In this document: one piece after another, positions 1 through 11,573 of the stretch
Layout: each line of letters begins with the position of its first letter
Position numbering within the stretch: position 1 is the first letter of the stretch
DNA from: the human T2T-CHM13v2.0 reference genome, Homo sapiens
Assembly (NCBI RefSeq): GCF_009914755.1
Contig: NC_060936.1
Length of the DNA stretch: 64,000 nt
Direction: 5' to 3' (one strand)
The notes under the pieces: model-generated
The model's database searches: none
What the model was told of the DNA's origin: nothing
Seen by the model: only the letters and a program-made list of their open reading frames with translations
Made by a program: the position numbers and the translations under genes

Positions 1-482
1 GTTTGGTCCAGATTCTATGCTTTTAACTACCCCCTGTCTTTCAATATCATTGTGTATTGAAACAGTAGATGCTACTTAGGTAAGACTTGTAAAACTTAAC
101 AACGTAATTTAGTCTTTATCTTTAGAAGGTAAATTGCTTGAAGAGGGGTCTGATATTTGCATAATCTTCATCAATGACCCCTTCTTTAACTCTTAAATCA
201 CTTCTTCTAAAACGTGGGATGATACCTTCATCTACCAAACCTGGAACTAATGCCATGATAATTATTATTCTTAGAGGCTTTCGGAATTCAGTGGCGTTTC
301 TTGAAAGCTGAATAATTATTTATTATGTATTAGAGAATACGCAGCCACCATAAACCCAGGGGCGCTTCAGATTAGCAAATAGTGTCTCTACTTTATTAAA
401 ACGGACTTGGGTATTATAACAAAAATACACTCTTCATTTCCTTTGGATGTTATGAATAATAAAAGTGTCTCCTTCCTCTCAG

Positions 483-521
483 TCAGGTGGCTTCACCCAC
501 ATCTTCACTGAAGATATGCAT
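483..521 (+). CDS. PLXNC1: Plexin C1 coding exon (window exon 1 of 14; 39 nt, SGGFTHIFTEDMH)
   Basis: Pyrimidine tract + AG at 481-482, donor GTAAGT at 522; phase 0-0; joins in frame to NRDAND of the next exon. Confidence 0.92.
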
Positions 522-755
522 GTAAGTCTCTACGTTTTCATTTTTAGCCCAGTGACTGCCTGATGTTCATAGTGTTATCATCATCACTATCATCTCCATT
601 ATTATTACTTTGAATTTTTATTGTGGGTTTTTTTTGGATCATGAATTCAATATTGAATAATTCATTGTCTTGGAAAACCCATTGTGGGTCTACTTTCTAA
701 CTTTAAACTTATATATGATTTTGTATTATACTATATATTTTTTTCTTTTTATCAG

Positions 756-880
756 AACAGAGACGCCAACGACAAGAATGAAAGTCTCACAGCTTTGGAT
801 GCCCTAATCTGTAATAAAAGCTTTCTTGTTACTGTCATCCACACCCTTGAAAAGCAGAAGAACTTTTCTGTGAAGGACAG
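756..880 (+). CDS. PLXNC1: Plexin C1 coding exon 2/14 (NRDANDKNES...FSVKDR)
   Basis: ttttttatcAG acceptor, GTATTA donor, 125 nt; plexin GAP-segment peptide visible in ORF 684..887. Confidence 0.96.
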
Positions 881-927
881 GTATTAGTCCATTCTTTGAT
901 GTTTTAAAAGCCTTTAAGAAAAAATCA

Positions 928-1060
928 GGCCGGGCATGGTGGCTCATGGCTGTAATCCCAGCATTTTGGGAGGCCAAGGCAGGCAATCACTTGAGGCCAG
1001 GAGTTCAAGACCAGCCTGACCAACACAGCAAAACCTTGTCTCTACAAAAAAAAAAAAAAA
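928..1060 (+). mobile_element. Free left Alu monomer (FLAM-like)
   Basis: GGCCGGGCATGGTGGCTCA...TCTCTAC plus A tail with no right arm; aaatca on both sides. Confidence 0.85.
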
Positions 1061-1209
1061 GAGAGAGAAATCAAACCTGAGTCCCATATTTTATTTCCAA
1101 ACCACTATCTGAACTTGGTATCTTGAGAACATGCACTTTTCCAAAGGCTATTTGATTGGGAGTTTATGCAGCCTTCTCTCCATTTTAGATCATACCACCC
1201 CAACACAAT

Positions 1210-1503
1210 TTTTTTGTTGTTGTTGTTGGAGTCTCACTCTGTGGCCCAGGCTGAAGTGTGTGATCATAGGTCACTGCAGCCTCATCCTCCTGGGCTCAAG
1301 CTACCCTCCTGCCTCAGCCTCCCCAAGTAGCTGGAACTACAGGTGCATGCCACCACACCCAGCTAATGTTTTGTTGTTGTTGTAGTAGAGATGGGGTCTT
1401 GCTATATTGCCCAGGCTGGTCTCAAATTCCTGACCTCAGGTGATCTGCCTGCTTTAGACTCCTAAAGTGCTGGGATTATAGGCGTGAACCACCATGCCCG
1501 GCC
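1210..1503 (-). mobile_element. Alu (AluJ-like), antisense
   Basis: Dimeric Alu reverse complement with (TTG)n tail and linker. Confidence 0.9.
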
Positions 1504-1787
1504 CATAAATTCTTAATAAAAAAAGCAGAAGTGTTAATTTTTATTTTTAAAACATCCCGAAACTTTGGAAGACTCACATCTTGTTACCACTCTAGTTTAA
1601 ATGCTGAAAACACAGAAAATGTTCTAGAGATAGAAGTGGTTAGAATCTAAACATTAAAAAAAAAAAAAAAAAAGCTCCCAACCCAACAGGCCAGCTCCCT
1701 GCCCTGCCAGTGAGCTTCCATGGAAACTCCCATGGGTGTCCAGCTAGGCCTGCAGCCAATGGTTCACCCAGCTCTCTTTTTCAACAG

Positions 1788-1986
1788 GTGTCTGTTTGCC
1801 TCCTTCCTAACCATTGCACTGCAAACCAAGCTGGTCTACCTGACCAGCATCCTAGAGGTGCTGACCAGGGACTTGATGGAACAGTGTAGTAACATGCAGC
1901 CGAAACTCATGCTGAGACGCACGGAGTCCGTCGTCGAAAAACTCCTCACAAACTGGATGTCCGTCTGCCTTTCTGGATTTCTCCGG
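1788..1986 (+). CDS. PLXNC1: Plexin C1 coding exon 3/14 (CLFASF...[19 protein letters not shown]...GFLR)
   Basis: AG/GTAAGT boundaries, 199 nt; contains the plexin Ras-GAP signature LxRRTESVxEK. Confidence 0.98.
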
Positions 1987-3699
1987 GTAAGTGTCACATC
2001 CCTCAGCAATGTCAGAGGTAAGACAATAGGCAGTTATTTTTAGCGGACTCTGATGCCTTTGCCAGGATAAATCCTGAATGCTCGATGGTGTCAGCACTTA
2101 ACCATGTTTCGTCTTGGTCCTGACCCAGAACAGAGAGAGGGAAAGTAAACATTGTTTTTGCTGCAACTGGCCTATGCAAATGTAATTCATTTAGAATTTC
2201 GTCAGGTGAGACTTTTCAGGTGAGTTTACCTTCTCACGTCAATTCACACCCAGAGCCCAGTCAGCCCATTTAAGAAAATGTACTGAGAAAAGGGAATATT
2301 TCAAACACCAAAGAGAACAAACTGTTTCAGGCCCTCTGAAGCATTGTAGAAATACCCGTTGCCTACCAATATGCTGTAAGCTAATTGCAGTCAATTCCTA
2401 CCAGTCATTCCGCATTAAAGCAGCTCTCCAAAGAGCTGCCTCCCCCTGGAGTTTGCTTTGTTGGAGTTACTGTGTGCATGTGGTTGTCACTAATTGAACT
2501 TTAAAATCTTTTCAAATGCAAACTTTCTATAGATTCCAGTGGAGAAGAGGGTGGGCCCTAAAGTCTGCTACTTGATCTGAATCTAGACTTCACCACTTAC
2601 TTGGTTTTATAAACTAGAGAATTGGAAGAAGATTTTAGGACTATTTTGAAGTACAGATGAGAAAACATAGGCAATTGCTTAGCCCTAAGGAAGCCTCCAT
2701 AAATGTTGGCCGTTACGATTATAAAATATTAATGTGAAAATAAGGGTGTCCTGTTGAACTCGATCTTCACCCAGCCCTCTGAGGCCCCTGGTACAGAAGA
2801 TTCTTATCCTTTAATTTTACCAGCCATCCAGATTTCAGCAAAACTGCATAATTGTGTATTTGTAGCTAGTTCCGAAATCTAATTAAACTTTGAATAAGAT
2901 ACACTGCTATGCCACAGGTTTTAACAGTGCTACTTAAGTTTAGATCCAACAGCAGTGCTTTAAATAGACTGTGCTTAGTTTAATGTTTAATGCAATCTTA
3001 CAAGTAGATGCACAACAATTTTTTTTTTAATTTCTCACCAACCCCTCCCTCTCCCTAAGGCAATACCCATTTATTAAGATTAATGAAATCTGCCTTCTTT
3101 TCTGTTTACTTGGTATAAATCATCGGAGGCTTTGGGGAGATGTTGAGCCAGTTATTTCTGGGACGAATATTTTTTTGTTTCCCACTGTCTTTGCTTTAGC
3201 CACAACAGCTGCTAGATGGAGGCACCAGGACTCTCACCCAGTTCCCTGGTCTTGGTCTTCAAAGGCCAACTCCTGCCCCACCACAGTCTCACTGGATCAG
3301 AAGCTCCGGAAGTGGAGCCCAGTAATCCATGATTTTCACAAGTCCCTGGGATAGTAGAGAGAGCACCACACTAGGGGTCTTGGTTAGAAGCAGCAGGTCT
3401 GGGCTCTGGAACCATCTCAGCCCCGGTCAGCTGTGTGTCCCTGGGCATGGCTTTTTCCATCTGGGCATCTGTTTTCAATCCACCAAATGACAGGCGTGTG
3501 TGGGCGTTGCCTTTAAATCCCTTTCCAGCTCTTTCTACTGGATCTTGTGATTCTTAACTCTGAGCTTTCAAGGGCTGCTCTTGGGCATTAGAGGGGTGAG
3601 ATGTTCAGAAAATCTGGGCTGCGAGCCCAAACAGCCTCCTTGAGCAAAGCATTCTGGGTCAAGACTTCACAGTGCTGATTCAAGAGCGTCTCGAGCACT

Positions 3700-3911
3700 C
3701 TGAGTGGTGAGGGGGCGGCTCGGCTCGCCAGGAGGAAGTGGCATCCAGCCAGTCGGCGATACTTTCACTTTCAGTGGAATAATTCCCGCTGGTGCAGGGG
3801 TCTGATGTCCCTCCACCAGGTGCTCAAGGGGGTCTGGGACACCGACAGCCCTAGTCCTCCTGTCCTACCCCACAGACGTTTAGTGGGTGACAGTAGCTCC
3901 GTGACCGCCAG
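3700..3911 (+). promoter_or_regulatory. Putative intragenic promoter/enhancer with alternative first-exon donor
   Basis: Local CpG retention; GC box 3711-3718; ETS/PU.1 GAGGAAGTG 3732-3740; IRF element ACTTTCACTTTC 3761-3772; donor CAG|GTAACT at 3911/3912. Confidence 0.55.
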
Positions 3912-6226
3912 GTAACTTTCCCTTCCAAGACACCAAGGATTTGTGGGTAAAATAATAATACCATTTATTGAATGTGCCAGACAGCATGCTAAGAGCTTTA
4001 CCTATCTTTTCTCATTTCATCCCCTTAAGGGTCCTGTGAGCTAAGTGTCTTCATGACCATTTTGTATATGGGGGAACTGGAACACAGAAGAGCTGTGACT
4101 CTCCCCAGATCTCACTGCTACTGTGGGACAGCACCAGGGTCCGAGAGCTCTTAGCCACCGCCCTGTGCCCTGAAAAGATGGAATCTGCCCTGGTCTGTTA
4201 AAGTGTCGAAGCCTGGCCCCTGGGGGAGGGGAATCACGTACGCAGCGGCTGTGGCTCGCCTAAAAGTTGTGTTTAGTGGTGACAGAGAAACCTCATGGCC
4301 CTGTGATTCCCCAAATCAGCCACACATCAGAATCCTCCTCCCCCACCGCCTCCCCGCCCCCGGCCCCGGGAAGGTAATGAAAACTACAGATACCCAGGCC
4401 TCATTCTTCAGAGAGATGGCAGCTCTGTAGGTCTAGAGTGGAGCTCAGGCATCTGAATGCTTAACAAGAGCCCGCAAGGGATTCTGGTGATTAGCCAGGG
4501 TTAGACCCAGGAGCATGGGCAGAGTGTAGGGCCAGATGTTACTTAGCTCAGTCTAGCTACTCTCCAGAAAGTTCTGGAGAATTCCTGACCACAGGCCTCC
4601 TGAGTCAAGACCTGTCCCTTCACACAGCCCCCGAGAGCCCACCTGGCCCCCTGACTCCAACCCCTGCGGGAGTACACAGCCCCTATCCAAGGGTTCTCAG
4701 CCTCCCTTCTGATCTGTGCTGGAGGAAAAGAGGTTCTAAGTTTTGTGGTCAGGGCATTACTTGGGGTGGGGGAGGTGGGCGGTGGAGGGAAAGAGAAGAG
4801 AAGGGTGAGGTTGTAAACCACTAAATAAAGGAAGTTTCTCATGAGAATTAAATGTCATGCACTAGTCCTGCTGCCCTCCCTACCTTGGAAATTTCTGAAC
4901 TTCCACTTCTGCCCTGCACTGAAGAGGAGACTCAAGGAGGTATCACAGCAGGGACAGAAGCTGCAGGGTGGCAGGAGGTGGCAAGAGGAAGCCCGGGGAC
5001 TGGGGAGGGCAGATATTCCTGCAGCAAGTATAAAGGAAGGGACAGGGTTGGGGTGGGATGCTGAGAGACTTAAGATGTCTTAGGTAACTTGCCTGCGCAA
5101 GGGAAAGCAGGTGAGACCCAGTGGAATCCTCCTTTCCCAGCTGGACGTATCGCTTGTCAAGCTTGACTCTTAACTGGCGCTTCGAGCCCCAGCCACGTGG
5201 CTGGCCTTTCGTCATCACTAAGGCACTTTGACTTCCCAGCCACGGTTCTTCCTCCACCACAGAGGCCTAATGTCCATTGATTACGGAAGGTTCGTTATTT
5301 AGCAAATACTCTACAGCTGACCCAGGGCTAAGTGCCTTGGGAGGATGCCGTGGAAACAGAACACACCGCCTCCCACTTGAGGTGCTCAGAGTCCTTTGGA
5401 ATGCAGACATCCGTGTCTGCGAATGTGAGCCATTTCCATCACAGCAGGGGAGGCAGCCCCACCCCCAGCCAGGAAAAATGCATGTGGCTTAAATTTGTAG
5501 AAAGAGCCAATCGGGATGGGCCGAGTGTTTGGAGAAAAACCTTAGAGGAAATGGAATTGGCTCTGGTTCAGGGAAGAAGATGGAGTCCCTCTGGCCCAGC
5601 ACCGGAAAACATGTCCAGGTGGGACTGTGCAGTGTGTGTCTGGGAACTGCCCGGGCCGGGCCTGGCCTGGCCCATGGAGAGGAGATAAGGCTGCAAACTG
5701 TTGAACGGCAGGCTGCTTCCTTCGAGAAGTGCTGTTAACACCAAAAAACATTGTATTTGGCAAATGTATAAAATGTTCTTACATTTATCCTTGTTACTAA
5801 GGATACTTGTGCATTTTTTTAAATGTCGTTTATTTCTGGCTTGCTAAAGGGTGATTAAATACGAATGTAAACAAAGGTACACTCTCCACATCTAACTGTT
5901 CCTAGGCATTAACCCACTGATGAGCATTAGTCTGCCATATGTAAGTTTAAACATAAAATAACAAGGTATACTGTGGGTACTGCACGTCGCTGTGAATGTG
6001 CACGCGTGCGCGTGTGCAGATGTGCATTCGCGATGGAGAGAGGAGGCGGTTTTCTGAGTTTTGCATCCAATCCCAAGTGGAGCAACGTGTATTTTCTTGG
6101 GCGTTTCATGTTGAGTGTTAGAAAACCCTGTCTCCTGCCTTACTGCTGTAAACAGAAACTTTAATTCTTTGGAAAGTACAGTGGATTCCACAGAAAGCTA
6201 ACTGTCACTTTTGTGTCTTTTCCAAG

Positions 6227-6373
6227 GAGACTGTCGGAGAGCCCTTCTATTTGCTGGTGACGACTCTGAACCAGAAAATTAACAAGGGTCCCGTGGATGT
6301 AATCACTTGCAAAGCCCTGTACACACTTAATGAAGACTGGCTGTTGTGGCAGGTTCCGGAATTCAGTACTGTG
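6227..6373 (+). CDS. PLXNC1: Plexin C1 coding exon 4/14 (ETVGEPFY...KGPVDVIT...EFSTV)
   Basis: ttttccaAG acceptor, GTATGT donor, 147 nt in phase 0; conserved plexin KGPVD motif. Confidence 0.97.
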
Positions 6374-7571
6374 GTATGTTTTCAATAAAGCTCCCAGCCA
6401 GACTCCCAAATAAATCTGGCGGGGAATTAGAGGGTGAGGTGGGTCATTTACAATGAAACGGTATCATCTCTACTGCGGGAGGCCCTGTGTGTTTAGTTAA
6501 TTAAAAACAGTAGTTGATAAAACTGTTAACACGTGTTCACATAATAGATTTTAATTACTGAGATTGGGGGAGAAAATATTGTAATGATGCCTGGGGTACT
6601 CATCAATTTCCAAAGATTTTAATATCAGGATTGCTTATAACTTTCAGTGTCGTCAAAGGAAATGCAAAGTACTCCCTATTCAGCACTTATAATTGCAATC
6701 AGAATTTCTCAAATGGCTCTGCTCTGGGAAGACAATGTGTGAAGATATATTTCAATCAAATTGAGGCCGTCTTATTTTAGAATGATAACACAAGACAAAT
6801 TCCACCACGTTCCCCATGCAACGTGACGCCCTTTATTTTCATGGATTAGTTACAAATGTTTGGTGTCATGCACTTAATGTACTGTGATCTCATAGATATT
6901 TTTAGAGGAACGCTGTAAATCACTACAGGAAGATGATTGCCTAGCTGCTGGAGGGTTTCACCCGCTTGAGAACTTCTTTCTAATTCATCCCCACCGCACC
7001 CACCCCATGCTCTTCCTAAAGAAAGAAAGAAAGCCCAGTTTGGGGCACATTTGGGAATTTCAGAGAGGGAGCCAAGCAGGGAAGGTAACTTTAGAATTAG
7101 GAATTTTCTATGCTTTTCTGTTAGTAGAGACTTGGAGAAGAGATTGCTGTGTTTTGGTTTGATCTTTAGCTTTATGAAGATTCTGGGCTTCTTCACGATC
7201 TCGTTAGTGGAGGAGGAAAAGATTACAGTGGGGTTTGGGAATTGCTCATTAAGAGAGCTGAGTCTTCTGTGGCTTTGCTCTGGATGGTGGGGACTGCAGT
7301 GTCATCTGGGAAGAATTCATTCCCTAATTGGAGAAGGCACCACTTTGCCGTGGAGCGTGTTATGGTTATGTCCTCTGGTGGGAGAATAGTCCGTAGGTCA
7401 GCTGTTTCAAGTTTTCTGCCACTGCCAGATGCGGCTCACTTCTCCATCAAAGATGGCACCATGCACAGCTGCCATCCGAGAGCGGGAAGCTGAGCTGAAA
7501 GTCAACACTTCTCAGCGTTCTGAATTGTATCAATACACCCATCCACATCTGAGAGGCCGGAGAGTGGGCTG

Positions 7572-7740
7572 CATTGGTTCTCAAACTTGAGCATCTAGCA
7601 GAATCGCCCAGAAAGCTCACTAAACACCAGTCGCTAGGCAGCATGCTGGAGTTTCCGATGCAGTAAATCCAGGCTGTGGCCTGAGAATTCACTTCCCTAA
7701 CCAGCTTCCTGATGCTGCGGGTGCTGCTTAACAACTGTTG
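7572..7740. mobile_element. MER5A-like hAT-Charlie fossil
   Basis: Begins cattggttctcaaacttgagc...gaatcgccc, typical of MER5A; similar degraded copies near 8010-8165 and 4380-4510. Confidence 0.6.
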
Positions 7741-7975
7741 GTAGAGTGGTTAACAGCATGGACTCTGGGGCCAGACATTTTGGAATCCTGCCTCTGCCAC
7801 TGGTTAGCTGTGTAATGTTGGGCAAGTTTCTAAACCTCTCTATGCCTCATTCTCCTCACATGTGAAATGGAAATGATGGTCATGGTTCCTACCCATCTCA
7901 TGAGGTGTTTTGAGGATTAAGAGTCAGTATTATAAAAAGCACTTAGAACATTGCCAGGCATGTGAGTGCTACCTA
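7740..7975 (+). mobile_element. MIR
   Basis: MIR core ttgggcaagtt...aacctctc...cctca...tgaaatgg; further MIRs near 3950, 12680, 14140, 15880, 17370, 18580, 43400, 48000 and 50200. Confidence 0.75.
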
Positions 7976-9735
7976 AAACTTTATTCCATTTGATCCAGAT
8001 CTCATTGAACCCTTGTTTAAAATGCAGGTGCAAATATACCAGTGCCCGGGCTTTCCCTCGGGACTGACTGAATCAGAATCTCTGGGGAGGGAGCCCAGGC
8101 GTGGATGTATTTTGTAAACCTTCCAGATATCTCTGATGTGTGTTCAGCCTGGACACCACTGGGTATCTTGGAGAACAAGAGACAAACTTTGCACAGGGCC
8201 TGTTGACTCACCTTTCGCTGATCCTGGGCTTGTTATTCCTAACCTAGAAGATGTTCATGCCTTTACTTTAAGACGTTTTAGAAGCCCCAAAGGTCTCCAA
8301 AGAGAAATATTTGCAAATGATTATAGTCGGGAATCCTCCAGCATTCCAGTCATGAGACAACACCGGACCCAAACAGGAAAGACAGGAAAGGAGAAGATGG
8401 GTTGGAATCAGGAAGAGGTCAGATGTCTGAGGCAACTTTTGAGGTTTTGAAGCCTTTTTAATGCTTTACATCTGAACGTGTTTTCTCCCTTTCATTTCGA
8501 AACATTATTTATTTCACAGTCAATTAAGACCATGTGTTTCTGATTTGTTAACACTCGACTCATCATCATAATGTTACTTGATGCTGAAGGAATTCATGTC
8601 GACTCTTGAAATTTTTTTTTCTTTATAGCCCCTGGGGAAAAGGGTAATGGAAAATCATGATTTCAGAAATCCACATAAATCTTCCTTTTCAAATTCAGAT
8701 TTGCCGGTACATAAGATTTGAGCCTTGAAAAGGAATGGGCCACTTGTTTTTAGGGGCCTTGCCTTTAAAAATGATTGTTAGTGCCTCTTATGGGGCCTGG
8801 CCCAGCCCCCCTTTCATGGTTGGCGGTTGTACGAGAAGCTGCAGAGAAGGCACATGATCCGTTCTATGCTTGTGTGACAAACTGTTAGCAGAAGGTCAAT
8901 ATAAAAAATTTAAGTTTTTCATTTCCTTTCAGGCATTTCCCCCAGCCTGAACCACCATATTTCTAATTTTCTTTCTTCCTCCCTTCCCTCCTCCCCTTCT
9001 TTTTCACTTCCCCCACCTACCCCTCCCAAGCATGTACACCCAGCCATTTTAGGACTTGATTTCCCAAATTTGCCTGAGGTGGTTTATGTAATTGAAAACC
9101 AAGGTGCGGTGAACAAACTGATTCTGTGTGTCCTTGTGTGCTGGGGAGGCGGGAGGTTGGGGGCAGATTCTTTCAAGGAAAGGAAAGTCGGAAATCAAGA
9201 GCATCCTCACGAACCACTTGAAATGACAGAACCTGGTGCCAAGGCAGGGACACGTTTGGAAAAAAGGCCCCCACACTCGTGTTCAGCTAAATGCTCAGAA
9301 GCACAGCACCTCATATAGCAATCTAAAAGTTAGCTTTCACACCTCTCAGATGAGGATGTGTTCTCCCTGAGGTGTGGGGGATTTTCTAGAACATAAAGGC
9401 ATCTTGCCAATTTCTTATACATGAAATCATGACACTAACAAAGAGGCCCTGGGAAGTAATGTTCTCTTCTTGCATATTGAGAAGAAAATTCCTCTGTCTT
9501 GCCAAAAATCCAAGCAAAGTCCCCTAGAGCCATACTTCCTCCAGGACCATAAGAAACCATCCTTCTCTATCAAGCATTCCAGGCTGGTGTTTAATGAGGC
9601 AACAGTGAGACAGAATGCCCTGATATCTGCATCCTCCCTAATGTCAGCACCAGGGGTAGGGCTGTGCACACACAGGACTTTAGTCTTTCCTTAATATCTA
9701 GGAATTCAGATCAGACAGCTGGAAGAGAATAAGAC

Positions 9736-10045
<310 letters not shown>

Positions 10046-11368
10046 GAGAATAAGACCTATTGCTCTGCTGGGTTTTTTTCCCCTTTGCAAAATTTTGAAC
10101 ATGTTTGATTTTGTTGATGGAGTATCTCAGACTCACTCAGCTTACGTTTTGTCAAGAGTGGAACTTTGGAGGAGTTAGTGAAAGTTTGAGGATTTCACAT
10201 GGGAGAAGGGACATTTGCTTCACTTTCAGGAAGAGATGAGAAAAACCAATAACTCGTAGCAAGCGTGCTGAATTAGCAAGAGAAGGTTGACTTGTAATCA
10301 AAGTTAAGTGTGAAATGGTTTTTTGAACTCTTAGAAAACGAGCTTGCCAATCTGCTGTATCTGAGAGAGAGCATCTTGGCACCCTGGAAAACTGTTCCGA
10401 CAAAAATATTATTGCCTTCATTCTCCTATCTATAAGAAAGTTTTCAAGATTATTAGAAATTCTTGAAAAAGCACAAGTACATGCCTGCAGAAATATTAAT
10501 GCCTCCAATTTGATTTATTGAAGGTTTATGCCAGCCTACCCCAGTCTGTCTCTTTCTCTAGCAGTTACCATTTTGGGACAATTACGTTTAATAAAATATC
10601 TCATATACAACAGAGCCCTAGGTGTCTCCACCAGGAGTTTCTTACTAGTATACTTCCTTTAACAGTGCTCTGCCTACCAGTGCTGGCTGCTTCTGTTCCA
10701 TTTAGTTTGTCCTTGCAGAAGATCCATTAGCCCCGTAATTAAACAACCCACTGTCCCGATTAAGTCATTCTCTGTTACTTCAATTACATTCCATTGTTCA
10801 TTAAATCCTGATGTTTGCACTTCAGCAATCTTGTTTTTAATACTCCTACCATTTGTGGAGAAACAGTGAAGTTAATTAACAATTCTTGAGCTTTTTATTT
10901 TTCTCTCTACCATAGTGCAAATCATTTCCATTATGACTTGCAATAGTACTGAAACCATTACTAACTTCATAGTTAGTGTTCTGAGCTTCCTGATCAAAGA
11001 GTGAAACCACTTTTTACAATCATTTTAGGTAAGTCATTCCCTCGTTGATGGCAAGTCATGGAAAATGAAAAATTAACATGTAATGGGTGCTTTAAATGAC
11101 TTTCCTCTTCATACACTTTCTTCTCATGCCTGTAATCTTGGAATTAGAAAATAATTTAGTTATCTAAATATAAAAGTATTTACTTTTTTTCTTTATAGCT
11201 CAAATGTGACTCTATTATGTTATTGTTAGGATCATTATTTATATTTGTACCCCTCAGAGAATGGTAAATTTTATCACAAGTCATGGCGGAGATAGAAAGC
11301 ATTTTCCAGATTTGTCTTGTTGCTATTGTCAAAGTTAGCATTCCATTTGAAGGTACTGTTATCTAGAG

Positions 11369-11573
11369 CAGGGACCAGCAAACAACAGCCTGTGGGCCAA
11401 ATGTGGCCCCTCTGCCTATTTTTATAAAGTTCTATTGGAACACCTGTTCATTTCCTTATTGTCTATAGCTGCTTTCCTGCTACAGTGCAGAGTGGAGTAG
11501 TTGTCACAGAGATCATATGGGTTTTAAGTCTTAAATACTTTCTGGCCCTTTGCAGAAAGTTTGTTGGCCTTTA
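11369..11573. mobile_element. MER58A-like hAT-Charlie MITE
   Basis: Perfect 8-bp TSD atctagag at 11361-11368 and 11574-11581; cagggaccagcaaac terminus. Confidence 0.85.

Noticed and set aside
481-486. Tandem acceptor AGtcAG at the 39-nt exon
   Set aside because: The distal AG shifts the frame by 4 nt; nothing in the sequence supports its use
1585-1596. 12-mer taccactctagt shared with the foreign Alu end at ~9775
   Set aside because: Too short and 8 kb away; compatible with chance
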